From positions 32,001-96,000 of the forward strand of contig JANRKO010000092.1 in NCBI GenBank assembly GCA_033763455.1: a DNA stretch of 64,000 bases, written 5' to 3'. Origin of the DNA: Polyangiaceae bacterium (GTDB taxonomy: Bacteria > Myxococcota_A > Polyangia > Polyangiales > Polyangiaceae). The position numbers and the translations under genes were made by a program. Position 1 is the stretch's first letter; each line of letters starts with the position of its first letter. The notes beneath the pieces are model-generated. The model did not search any database, was not told the origin of the DNA, and saw nothing but the letters and a program-made list of their open reading frames with translations. Of the stretch, positions 19,962 to 29,323 are shown piece by piece.

Positions 19962-21209
19962 ATGATTGATTGTCAGCGTCACTCCATCACAAGGTCGCCG
20001 CTCGTGCTTTCCGGCGTGTTGCTCAGCCTCGCGCTCGGTGGGTGCAGCAAAGAGAGCACTACTGGCCAAGGCGCCGCGGGCAATGCGAACGCCGCAGGCG
20101 GTGCCATCATAGCGGGCTCCGGGGGAAACGGCGCGAACGGAGCGCTCACAGGTGGCAGCAGTGGATTCTTTCCTGGCATTGGCGCCGCAGGCGCCGCAGG
20201 ACAAGCCGGCATGTCGGGCTTGGGGGAGTGTGGGGGCGTTATTAGCAAGGCGTCGCTCCGAGCCGCGAACCTGCTGTTGGTGATCGATCTTTCGAAAAGC
20301 ATGGATACGCAGTTTGGAACCGCAGGCGTTTCACGGTGGAGTGCCGTCACCACCTCGCTTGGCACTGCGCTCAGCTCGGTGAAAGAACGAGCCAATTTTG
20401 GCCTCGATCTGTTCCCGTCAGGTGGCGAGTGCACGCTCCCCAACACGGCTGATCTAGCTGTGGCGGTCGCCCCCGGAAAAGATTCGGTGGCGCTTATCCA
20501 GACGGCTCTCACCATGGCTACGCCGGCGGGCGGTACACCAACAGCAGGTGCGCTCAGGCGCGCCCTTCAATACTTCGCTACCGGCGCTGGCAAAGATCTC
20601 TCGGGAGATAAGTTCGTGGTGTTAGCCACTGACGGCGGGCCTAACTGCAATGGCGATGCCCCGCAATGTGAAGCAACGGCGTGCACTGCCACCTATGATT
20701 TGCCTCAACAATGCGGGAACATGAATTGTTGCATGGGCGTTGTAACCGGCTGCCTCGACGAATCGGGAACCACGGCTGCCGTCACCGCGCTTGCCGCAAG
20801 CGGCATCAAAACGGTGGTTGTTGGGTTGCCCGGGGTGGCGCCTTATTCGGCCTCGCTCAATGCGTTTGCCCAGGCTGGGGGCCTTCCTCAGAGCGGAGCG
20901 ACGAAGTACTTTGCCATCGACGAAATGCTCGGTGTTTCTGGGCTCACCGAGGCCTTCCAGAACATTACCACCCAGCTCATCAAGAGCTGCAGGCTGGAGC
21001 TGCAAATGGCCCCACCGGATCCCACGAAGGTCAATGTCATCATTGACGGCACCACGATTGCCCAGAGTGGCGCCGATGGTTGGGAGTTTGACAACACCAC
21101 CACGCCCCCCGGGATTGTGGTTAAAGGCGCCACCTGCCAGCAGATAGAGCAAACAGGTGCTGAAAAAGTAACCGTGCAGTTCGGTTGCCCAACGATGGTA
21201 ATTCGCTAA
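19962..21209 (+). CDS. VWA-domain lipoprotein, CglB-like
   Basis: Lipobox LGGC; MIDAS motif DLSKSM; GGTPT; ATDGGPNC with a Cys-rich insert; C-terminal CRLEL...VNV...C...FGCPT domain. Confidence 0.88.
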   Translation: MIDCQRHSITRSPLVLSGVLLSLALGGCSKESTTGQGAAGNANAAGGAIIAGSGGNGANGALTGGSSGFFPGIGAAGAAGQAGMSGLGECGGVISKASLRAANLLLVIDLSKSMDTQFGTAGVSRWSAVTTSLGTALSSVKERANFGLDLFPSGGECTLPNTADLAVAVAPGKDSVALIQTALTMATPAGGTPTAGALRRALQYFATGAGKDLSGDKFVVLATDGGPNCNGDAPQCEATACTATYDLPQQCGNMNCCMGVVTGCLDESGTTAAVTALAASGIKTVVVGLPGVAPYSASLNAFAQAGGLPQSGATKYFAIDEMLGVSGLTEAFQNITTQLIKSCRLELQMAPPDPTKVNVIIDGTTIAQSGADGWEFDNTTTPPGIVVKGATCQQIEQTGAEKVTVQFGCPTMVIR

Positions 21210-21250
21210 GCCCCGTACGTTTGGGGCAGGGCTCTGTTTCGCTGCAGGGC

Positions 21251-22500
21251 CTAGGGGTTGGCGCCCGAGCACACCCAAGCACCAATCAGGTCCAGCTGGT
21301 CTTTCGGCAGACTTGTAGCGCCTTTTGGCATGGCCGTTCCCTGGCACATGCGAACGCCCAAAAGCTTGTTGAGCAGGTAGGAGTTGCCCGGGTCTCCTGG
21401 AAGCACCAATTTGAGGCTGGAGCACTGCGAAGAGGCAACGTTAACTAGGGAGTGATAGGCCATCGCCGGGCTCAGGTTCAGATCTGCGGCCGCTCGACCA
21501 CGCATAGGAAGGTGGCAAGCTCCCCCGCCGCAACTCGTTGTTAGGATCGGCTGCACTTGTTGGGCGAATGAGACGCTGCTGCCCGCGCTGCACTGGCAGA
21601 CCCCGGAAACGCAGGATTGGCCCGCGCTGCACGCGTTACCGCAGGTGCCACAGTGCGCATTGTTGGTCTGAGGATCGATGCAGGTTCCGCCGCAACTAAG
21701 CTGACCTCCCGGGCAACCCACGCATTGGCTATTTTGGCAGATTTGCCCTTGGGTGCAGGGTGAGCCACAGGCTCCGCAGTGAGTGGGATCCGAAGTGACG
21801 TCAATGCAGGCGGTGGTGCCGCACGTCTCACAGGTTGGTGGAGGATTGGCTCCGGTAAGGGATTCAATCCAGCTTTTGAGGCATTGTACTTGCTCGGTGG
21901 GTAACGCTTGCCCAACGGGCATACGCACTCCGCACGGAGGGCCATCGCTCACCACCTTCTGGTAGAGCAACGAAGCTTCTGCAACTCCGGGCGTGACGAG
22001 AACCCACGCTGAACACAGACTCGCTTTGGTGTCCTTCAGGCGATCCTCAAAGCCAGCAGAGATGAGGTCCAAGCTGGCCGCTGCTGCGGCTCCTTCGTGG
22101 CATGCGGCAGTAGCGCAGCTTTGGGCGAATATGGCGGCCGCTTGTGCACTCGTGCACGCCGGAAGTGGCGCGCCACCGCCGGAAGCCGAAGCCGTACCAC
22201 CGGAGGCGGATGGCGTACCACCGGAAGCGGACGTGCCGGTCGTCGAAAAGAGCCACTGCCCACGCCTTGGCTATTGGCCACGCTTCCTGTTGCGCTAACG
22301 CCGCCCGCTGCAGTGCCAGGAGCACCGCCTTGAGCTCCTCCCGTGATCCCTGTGCCGCCAACCGCGGCCTGCGCAATTGCCGCTCCCGAAGACGACCCGC
22401 CCGAGCAGGCAAGCTCAAGTAAGAGCCCAGCGAGGACCGCGCTTGCACCGAAAACTGCAGTTCGCCAAGGTGTGGAGGTGCGACGGTTTTCGAGAGTCAT
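21251..22500 (-). pseudogene. Frameshifted (or mis-assembled) lipoprotein with two CX4CH cytochrome-c-like domains and Cys-rich repeats
   Basis: The N-terminal frame (from 22500, lipobox LELAC, Gly-rich) joins the C-terminal frame if one T is added at the T4 run 22249-22246. The C-terminal frame encodes SCATAACH...RMP, CIDPQTNNAHCGTCGNAC-type repeats and SCGGGACH...AMP. Confidence 0.8.
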
Positions 22501-22609
22501 GAATCACGTTACGGTCAGCTCAGGTCTCCGCTTGCAGTGAAAAGAGGAGCCTCGGCGTTGGACCCTGCACCCTACAGAGTCCAACGCCGATCCAATGAAG
22601 TGGGGCCCG

Positions 22610-23536
22610 TTACTGGACGCTACAACCTGCTTGGCCACTACAGGTGTTGTTCGAGAACGAACTGCACGCGTTCGGAGTACCGTTGCAGCCAATATAATCC
22701 GTCACCCACTGGCACTTACCGTTGGTGTCATTGGTGCAGGCCGATTGATCTAACCCGACGAAGTCGCACGCGGAGATATTCTGGATGCATTGGTTCACTA
22801 GCCAGAGACAACCGGCAACCGCGTTGCAGGTGCCCTGATTCGCTTTCGACGAACAGTCTGTGTTCGAAGCCTTTGGCCGGCACGGGAAGCGCCACTCGCA
22901 GTTAGCATCCTGCGCACAAGACACAGCCGTGCGGTGGGTCTCTCCACAAGCAGTGTTCGCAGCTCCCGCTGCCCCGCTATCTTTCGCAACACACAGCCCG
23001 TCTATCGCGCAGCCTGTCTGGTTCCCACAGGAAGCTTGCATCGTGTCGAATGCCGAACAGGCAGTGGCCGAGCCTGTGCACATGGCACCGGCCGCGCCAG
23101 CTGCTCCGCCGGTTGCCGGTGCACCACCTGTACCGCCGGCAGCGGTGCCACCTGTTGCTGCCGAGCCACTGGCCCCGCCTCCGGAGCTGCCGCCTGTTGC
23201 TGCCACACCCGCCGCTCCCCCCACGTTTTGACCGCCCCCGGTGCCAGCGCCGGACGCACCTGAAGCGTTCATCATTCCCGCAGCTCCCGATGCACCGCTG
23301 GTTCCAGCCATCCCACCCAGATTCCCGCCGCCGCCACTACTCATTGCAGCGCCACCAACTGCCATACTGGCCCCGCCTACGGACGTGCTGCCTCCCGTCG
23401 GGCGGGAGCCTCCGGCCGACGGCGCACCGCTCGTTCCCCCGTCGTCAGAACCGCAGGCCGCGAACAGCCCGCTGGCCAAGACGGAAGCCCCAAGCAGGAA
23501 CAGCGAACGTGGTTTCAAAGAGTGCAAGATATCCAT
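22610..23536 (-). CDS. Gly-rich linker / Cys-rich lipoprotein
   Basis: Lipobox LFAAC; about 120-aa Gly/Ala linker; repeats such as CTGSATACSAF, QTGC and CNAVAGCLW. Confidence 0.85.
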   Translation of the reverse strand: MDILHSLKPRSLFLLGASVLASGLFAACGSDDGGTSGAPSAGGSRPTGGSTSVGGASMAVGGAAMSSGGGGNLGGMAGTSGASGAAGMMNASGASGAGTGGGQNVGGAAGVAATGGSSGGGASGSAATGGTAAGGTGGAPATGGAAGAAGAMCTGSATACSAFDTMQASCGNQTGCAIDGLCVAKDSGAAGAANTACGETHRTAVSCAQDANCEWRFPCRPKASNTDCSSKANQGTCNAVAGCLWLVNQCIQNISACDFVGLDQSACTNDTNGKCQWVTDYIGCNGTPNACSSFSNNTCSGQAGCSVQ

Positions 23537-23805
23537 ATGTTAGCTTATCCTTTTTTAAATTCGGCGAACTCGCGCTCTGTCTCAGAGTAAGTGTGGTCGT
23601 GTGTGCGAGGGATGCTTCTCACAAGCCACAGCGCCAGTACGTGGAGCCCCTCTTCTAAGATTATGAACAGGGCTCCCAAATTCGAAGCACCGATGGGCGC
23701 AGACGGATTACGCCACGTCGGCACGCGTTGCCCCGTTGCATACCCGGGCGACGTGTTGTTGGCCCCATACCCCCTCGCCAGGCTCGGGTTACATCTTCGC
23801 TAGCC

Positions 23806-24486
23806 TCACCAGGTCATCGGCGTGCCGTCGTACACCACGAAGGGCTCGGTAGGCCTGGCTTTGATCAACTGCACGATCCCGCGGGCGGGCTCGTGAGGAT
23901 CAAGATCCGCGCTCTTTCCGCCCATGTCCGTTCGCATCCAACCCGGGTGAATGGCCACCACTAGAAAATCCGTCAGATAATTGCGCAACAGCATCGATTC
24001 CATATTGAGCGCAGCTTTCGACATGCAGTAATCAAACATACGATCACGTTTGCAGGTGCTGATGCTGCCGGCTTCCGATGAGATATTGGCGATAACCTTG
24101 TGCTCGCCCGCGCGCAAAAGTGGCAAGAAGGCCTGCACCGCGCGCAATGGCCCAACGGCGTTGGTTTCGAATACGCGCGTCACGAGCGCCAGGTCTACGT
24201 TTTCTAGCGGTGCCCCGGTATCCCCCAGCACGGCCGCATTGTTGATTAAGATATCCAAGCTCTGGGTGAGTGACCGCACGGTCGCCACGGCTCTTTTAAC
24301 CGAATCGGCGCGGGTAACCTCTAGTTGCACCGGATGTAGCGTTCTAGACCACTTCTGAAGGAGAGCGTTGAAAGCTTCGGGCCCGGTACGATAACCTGCG
24401 AAGACGTGAAAGCCTTCTTCAAGGTAAAGCTCGGACAAAGAGAGGCCGAGGCCTCGGTTTGCCCCAGTGATCAATACGTTCGGCAT
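23806..24486 (-). CDS. Short-chain dehydrogenase/reductase, CsgA (C-factor)-like
   Basis: Motifs ITGANRGLG, LINNAA, ISS, YCMSKAALNM (YxxxK) and HPGWMRTDMGG. Confidence 0.93.
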   Translation of the reverse strand: MPNVLITGANRGLGLSLSELYLEEGFHVFAGYRTGPEAFNALLQKWSRTLHPVQLEVTRADSVKRAVATVRSLTQSLDILINNAAVLGDTGAPLENVDLALVTRVFETNAVGPLRAVQAFLPLLRAGEHKVIANISSEAGSISTCKRDRMFDYCMSKAALNMESMLLRNYLTDFLVVAIHPGWMRTDMGGKSADLDPHEPARGIVQLIKARPTEPFVVYDGTPMTW

Positions 24487-24736
24487 AGGCTGAGCCTAAC
24501 TCAAGTTCAGCGCATTCGGGGCATGTCTCCCCGCCAGAGCGCAGCGATTGGCCGGGGGAGACCGCCCGTGCGAGTCGCGTTTCGCGCGAGCAGGGCGAGA
24601 GGGGCACCATTCACTGCTCACCAAATGGTGCAGACGGCCCGCTTTGGCGATTCTTGGCTTGCATCCGGAGCCTGGGGCGAACAAGCTCTGAGCCGAGAAA
24701 TGGGGCGGAGAAGCTGCCCGGAAGGTCGGAGCAAAG

Positions 24737-26674
24737 ATGCTGAAGCACTGGTGGTCTGGGTTGGTTGGGGTGGCACTGTTGGGGTTGGTGCTGGCGTCGG
24801 CGTGCAGCAAGAAGGATAAGCCGCCTCCGCTAGATCCAACTCAGAGCGGCGAGCCACAGATCAAGCCCCCAGGCACAGGTGCCGGTGGCAACACGGGTGG
24901 CGCTCCTAGTGGAAGTGGCGGTGCGGGGTCCGGAATGGGCACGTGCGGGAAGGATTCCTGCATTGGCCCATCGACATGTGTCGAGGAGACGGGGAAGCCC
25001 GCAAGGTGTGTTTGCAATGAGGGGTACGTGTTCGCTCCAAACAGCATCAACACCTGCATTGTGGATAAGAAGTGCATCAAGATCCGGCCGCTCGCTGGAG
25101 ACGGCAGCTGTCGTCAAAGGATCGGCGGAACGCCAGCCGTGGCGTCGTTCTTCGCGGTAGACTTCTGCGCCGGAACTGCTGTGCTTGAGGCTGATCTCGC
25201 GCCGCTGGCAGCGACTCCAGGAAAACTTGATAGCGTCTTCAAAATCCTCGAAAACGACAAAGTTATTGGCCCCTCCGAGAGTAAAGCTACGATTATCCGG
25301 CGTGACGTAGAATCGTACGTAACGGTTGCGCTGGACGTCTCAAACTCGATCGTCGTGGATCAACCAGCTTTCTTCAATGCGCTGCTCGCGAAACTTCAAG
25401 CCATGGTGGTGGCGCTGAAGCCAATGCCAGAGCCTCAGGCTCCTCAGGCTCCTCCTCCAGTCGGCGTTTCCGTGCTTATTTTTGGCAAGACAGTGGTGGA
25501 GCTGGTGCCGTTCACGACCAACCTCGACGATGTTGCGACTCGAATCGGCACGCTCGCAGATCCCGCGGTAGTCAAAGCCTTGCAGCCTTTCGATGGGACA
25601 GCGCTCAACGTAGCAATGAACTCCGGGATGGTTCAAACCGAACGGATTATCGCGTTGCGTAACGCAGTGACGCAGGGAGGCGTGCTTTCCACGGGAACAC
25701 TGATCGTGGTGACGGATGGGACAGATAATTCCGGCGTTATGCTGGATAGCGCCAAGATCACGTCCACCCCTGTCAACTTGATCTCCGTGGGTATCGGCAC
25801 CGCAACCGACGCCAAGCAGCTCGCAACTCTCGGCAGAGATGGGGCATTCTTGGCGCCCGCACCCGCGGACCTCGATATCGCCTTTAGCGAGATCACCAAG
25901 CGGGTAGCGGAATACCCGGACCGCGCTTACCTGCTCGGCTATTGCTCGCCAGCCTTTGCCGGCGAAAGCACGGTCACGATTTCGCTCAACCTCATGGACC
26001 CGAAGCAAGTGGCAACCTGCAAGGTTAACGCTGGCCTGTTCAATGCATCTGCAGGTGCGATTTGCGACCCCGCTTTCTTCGCTGGGGAGTGCACAGGGCG
26101 AGCCTGTGGCGGGCTTACTGCCTGCGGTGCCTGCGCGGATGGGGCTTGTTGCGTGGGATCGACGGGCCAATGTGCAGCCCCAGCACCTGCTGCGACCTGC
26201 ACGGAAAGCACGCTTTGTGGCAAGGGTTTCGCCTGCGACTTGACCAGCCAGCGATGCTTGGCCCAGCTTGAAATAGGAGCGGCGTGTGCTGGCCAGACAA
26301 CTCCCTGTCGGGTCGGGACCACGTGCGGAGTTAGCGGAAAATGTGAAGCATTGGGCGCCCTCGGTGCTAGCTGCACCCTCGCCAACCAGTGTGATTCTGC
26401 GCGCTGTGAGCGAGCTAACGTTTACGGCGATATCACCGACATGGTCTGCAAGCGTCCTGCTCAAATCGGTGAGTTGTGCAAAGATGTGCGGGCTGATGCT
26501 GCTTGTGAGACGGGGAGCGCGTGTGTGGGCACCACGTGCAAGGCTCGTGCTGTCACTGTCACCGGGAGGTGCACGCTGCCTGAGGATTGTCTATCCGGCG
26601 CTTGCACGCCCGAAGGCTACTGTGTGGCAGGCGATACCTGTCAATTTGTTTGGGACGATAAGATCAAGCACTAG
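24737..26674 (+). CDS. Lipoprotein with EGF-like module, VWA domain and Cys-rich C-terminus
   Basis: Lipobox LASAC; EGF-like CVCNEGY; MIDAS motif DVSNS; GTAL; VTDGTD; more than 30 Cys in the tail. Confidence 0.88.
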   Translation: MLKHWWSGLVGVALLGLVLASACSKKDKPPPLDPTQSGEPQIKPPGTGAGGNTGGAPSGSGGAGSGMGTCGKDSCIGPSTCVEETGKPARCVCNEGYVFAPNSINTCIVDKKCIKIRPLAGDGSCRQRIGGTPAVASFFAVDFCAGTAVLEADLAPLAATPGKLDSVFKILENDKVIGPSESKATIIRRDVESYVTVALDVSNSIVVDQPAFFNALLAKLQAMVVALKPMPEPQAPQAPPPVGVSVLIFGKTVVELVPFTTNLDDVATRIGTLADPAVVKALQPFDGTALNVAMNSGMVQTERIIALRNAVTQGGVLSTGTLIVVTDGTDNSGVMLDSAKITSTPVNLISVGIGTATDAKQLATLGRDGAFLAPAPADLDIAFSEITKRVAEYPDRAYLLGYCSPAFAGESTVTISLNLMDPKQVATCKVNAGLFNASAGAICDPAFFAGECTGRACGGLTACGACADGACCVGSTGQCAAPAPAATCTESTLCGKGFACDLTSQRCLAQLEIGAACAGQTTPCRVGTTCGVSGKCEALGALGASCTLANQCDSARCERANVYGDITDMVCKRPAQIGELCKDVRADAACETGSACVGTTCKARAVTVTGRCTLPEDCLSGACTPEGYCVAGDTCQFVWDDKIKH

Positions 26675-27320
26675 ATCTGGTGGCACCATGCGTTGGGGTG
26701 ATGCTGCTAACTATCTCGGAAAACCTCCAACGCCTCATACCCGCGCACGGCCTCGTACCGCGGTGCCGCCAGTTCGCTGCTGAACCGTCGGCTTCACCCA
26801 ATGGATAACCGGGATAACCCTGGATACACCGGTGATGCACTGGTCGCCTCGTCAACCGGCCACCGATTCGGTGATTTCTGAGTTGGAAGCGCGGGTTCGA
26901 CACGTCCACCACATCGAGCAGAGCGGTTTGCGCGCTCGTCACGCACAAGCGGTTACCCCGCAACGCCGACGTTTTCCCGGAGGATTGTCGCCCTACCAGG
27001 CCCGTAGCGAAACGCCCGAGGATGGTCGCGGAAAGCTTCGTTCGGCGACGCTTGCCTTCAGCATCGTCATCTCCTTCTTCGCAGCGCTCAGGGGATGCCT
27101 GACTCATGCCGACGTCTGGAGACTCTAACTGAGCCTCCGAGCTTCAACCTGCGACCAACGACATCGCAGTGATTAGAAGGGGGTGGAGATGAAGGATCGA
27201 TTGCGCAACACCGTGACGCTCACGTACCACAGCAGACCTCACGGGGTCGGTGACAAGGCGGAGAAGACTTTGTAGCTGGAATGATGACGAAGGAGCACCT
27301 TCCCGCGCAATGCATCTACT

Positions 27321-28061
27321 TCATTGTTGGTGGAGAGGAAGGTCCTTGGCTTCAACCGGAAAGCGACGACAAAGCTCAGCAAGCTCTTCTTTCGAAAGCC
27401 TGGGCAAAGGGAGGGTGCCAGCCTGCAACCCGCGGCCAGGCGCGGGGAACATTACCGCCTGTCGCTCATGGTTTGACAGTGCACGGCACGGGGGCTTGAT
27501 TGGCTTGAGCAGCGTGCCGTCATCGCACGGGTGCTCGAAGCCCAGGGCATGCCCAATTTCGTGAGCCAACACGGACACCAAAGAATGAGTGCCAGCTCCA
27601 CCAAGACGACTCCAGGTTGGAAGGACGGAGTTAACCTCGATATCTGACTCAAAGGCGCCGTCGGAAAGTCGTGGTTTGGCAGAGTAGGTGGAGGTCATAG
27701 CAAGCGCGTCTTCTGGATAACAACTCTTGGACTGGCGTTCCCCGTTTGGACACCACGAATGCCGCCGAAAGGATATGATTCTTTGGCGATCCTCATCGCG
27801 CCGGCCAACCTCCTGCAAAGGTTCTACCCGAATGTGAAGTCCGGAGCACGAAGCCGTCCAAACCTTCGCGGCCGCTCGCACGGAAGCAAGGGCTTCAGTT
27901 GCTTCCATTTGTCGGGGCAGCTCGGCGAGGGACACTATGAGCTCAAACGGAAGCTCGTTAGCGCGCTGTGCAGGAACCTCGGTGGCGGTGCAAGCTGATA
28001 CGGCTCCGAAGAGAATTGCCGCACTTTTGTGGTAAAATTGGGCCATGGTGCCGTGGGTCAT
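27321..28061 (-). CDS. Matrixin-like (metzincin) zinc metalloprotease
   Basis: HEIGHALGFEH (HExxHxxGxxH), upstream ESDIEVN and Met-turn AVMFP. Start uncertain (28046, 28061 or 28157). Confidence 0.8.
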   Translation of the reverse strand: MTHGTMAQFYHKSAAILFGAVSACTATEVPAQRANELPFELIVSLAELPRQMEATEALASVRAAAKVWTASCSGLHIRVEPLQEVGRRDEDRQRIISFRRHSWCPNGERQSKSCYPEDALAMTSTYSAKPRLSDGAFESDIEVNSVLPTWSRLGGAGTHSLVSVLAHEIGHALGFEHPCDDGTLLKPIKPPCRALSNHERQAVMFPAPGRGLQAGTLPLPRLSKEELAELCRRFPVEAKDLPLHQQ

Positions 28062-28131
28062 GTTGAAGCTTGAGTCCCACTTTGGCGCATCGAATACAAC
28101 CGGTTTGGCACCAGGTTTCGATCGCTCGCCA

Positions 28132-28752
28132 TCAAAGTGGCTCAGCAGTCGCGGCAAACAAGCAGACGGAAGACTTCTCCGTTGCGGTCAGACACGAGGC
28201 GTTGGGATCCGGCTGAAACTCACGCACTACGACCAATGGCGGAACCTGGCCCGCAACGGCCGGTGAGAAACGACCAGCAGAGCCTCGAGGCTGAACGACT
28301 CCGACACGCCATCCGCCGGTGCACCCATCGGGAAGCGTAGCGCGATAGGCGGACTGCACCAGCAGCTCCTCGGCGGCAAGCCCAGTGCGACCCGACTCCC
28401 CGAACACGATACCTGTCACCGTCACTGAACCCACGCGAGCATCACACCCTGCATTGTAGCGCTCGACGCTTCCTCCAACCTGGAAGTCCAGTTGGGTTCC
28501 AGGCACCAAATCGGGTTTGTAGTTGCAGCCAGAGGTGTCAGTTGGCGAGGCATCAAAACTGGTTGCCACGAAGGCGTATTGCGAGTTCTCTGGCCATTCC
28601 TCGAGCAGCGTGACTCTGAACTTATCTCCGGTGGCCACCTCGGGGTGACATGGACCAAAGTCCTCACTGTGGCAGGAAAGGAGGGCAACCATTAGGCTAC
28701 CGCCGAAGGCGATCGCGCAACGTCTCAGTTCGGGAGCACTAACTCGAATCAT
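28132..28752 (-). CDS. Hypothetical lipoprotein
   Basis: Lipobox LLSC; spaced Cys residues; co-oriented with neighbours. Confidence 0.7.
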   Translation of the reverse strand: MIRVSAPELRRCAIAFGGSLMVALLSCHSEDFGPCHPEVATGDKFRVTLLEEWPENSQYAFVATSFDASPTDTSGCNYKPDLVPGTQLDFQVGGSVERYNAGCDARVGSVTVTGIVFGESGRTGLAAEELLVQSAYRATLPDGCTGGWRVGVVQPRGSAGRFSPAVAGQVPPLVVVREFQPDPNASCLTATEKSSVCLFAATAEPL

Positions 28753-28778
28753 TTCTCAAAATCCGGCGATCACCGTTC

Positions 28779-29312
28779 TCAGCGATTGACGCACTCAGCG
28801 ACTCGCGCTCGACTACCCGGGCAAGGCTCAGGCTTATTGATCGGCCTGCCGTCAGGCAAGCATGTAAAAGCGCTGGGGCCCAACTCGATGAGACAGGACC
28901 GGAGCGTAGCGTACTCCATCGCGCACTCCTCGGCGCGGGGAAAGCCGTCGCAGGTTTTTGCGCGGCAGTCATCAAGACTCGGTGCTTTCGGACACCCGGT
29001 CTGCGCCTCCACATTGCAATAGGCAACGCAGATCTTCTCGGGCGAAAAGAGCCCGCCGCCAGCTCCACCGCGTTCAGGTTGGCTCCCACCGCTTCCGCCC
29101 AGACTCGGGCTCAGTTCGCCACCCAACCCTTGTCCACCCAAAGCAGTAAGCTCCACGCCTCCACTGCCTCCGGAACCGGGCTCCGCGCCCCCTGTACCCC
29201 CGATGCCCGCTGAGCTGCCCCCGCTTCCAACGGCAACAACAGGCTCAGCGGGTACACCGCAGGCCCCCCCCACAAGGTAAAATGGAAGAGTGAGATAAGC
29301 CGCTTTGCGCAT
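28779..29312 (-). CDS. Small Cys-rich lipoprotein
   Basis: Lipobox GGAC; Gly linker; Cys-rich helical domain; begins 11 bp after the large upstream gene ends. Confidence 0.78.
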   Translation of the reverse strand: MRKAAYLTLPFYLVGGACGVPAEPVVAVGSGGSSAGIGGTGGAEPGSGGSGGVELTALGGQGLGGELSPSLGGSGGSQPERGGAGGGLFSPEKICVAYCNVEAQTGCPKAPSLDDCRAKTCDGFPRAEECAMEYATLRSCLIELGPSAFTCLPDGRPINKPEPCPGSRARVAECVNR

Positions 29313-29323
29313 TGACGGTGCTC

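Noticed and set aside
25340..26464. 374-aa minus-strand ORF
   Set aside because: It lies antisense inside the VWA lipoprotein, a typical high-GC shadow ORF.
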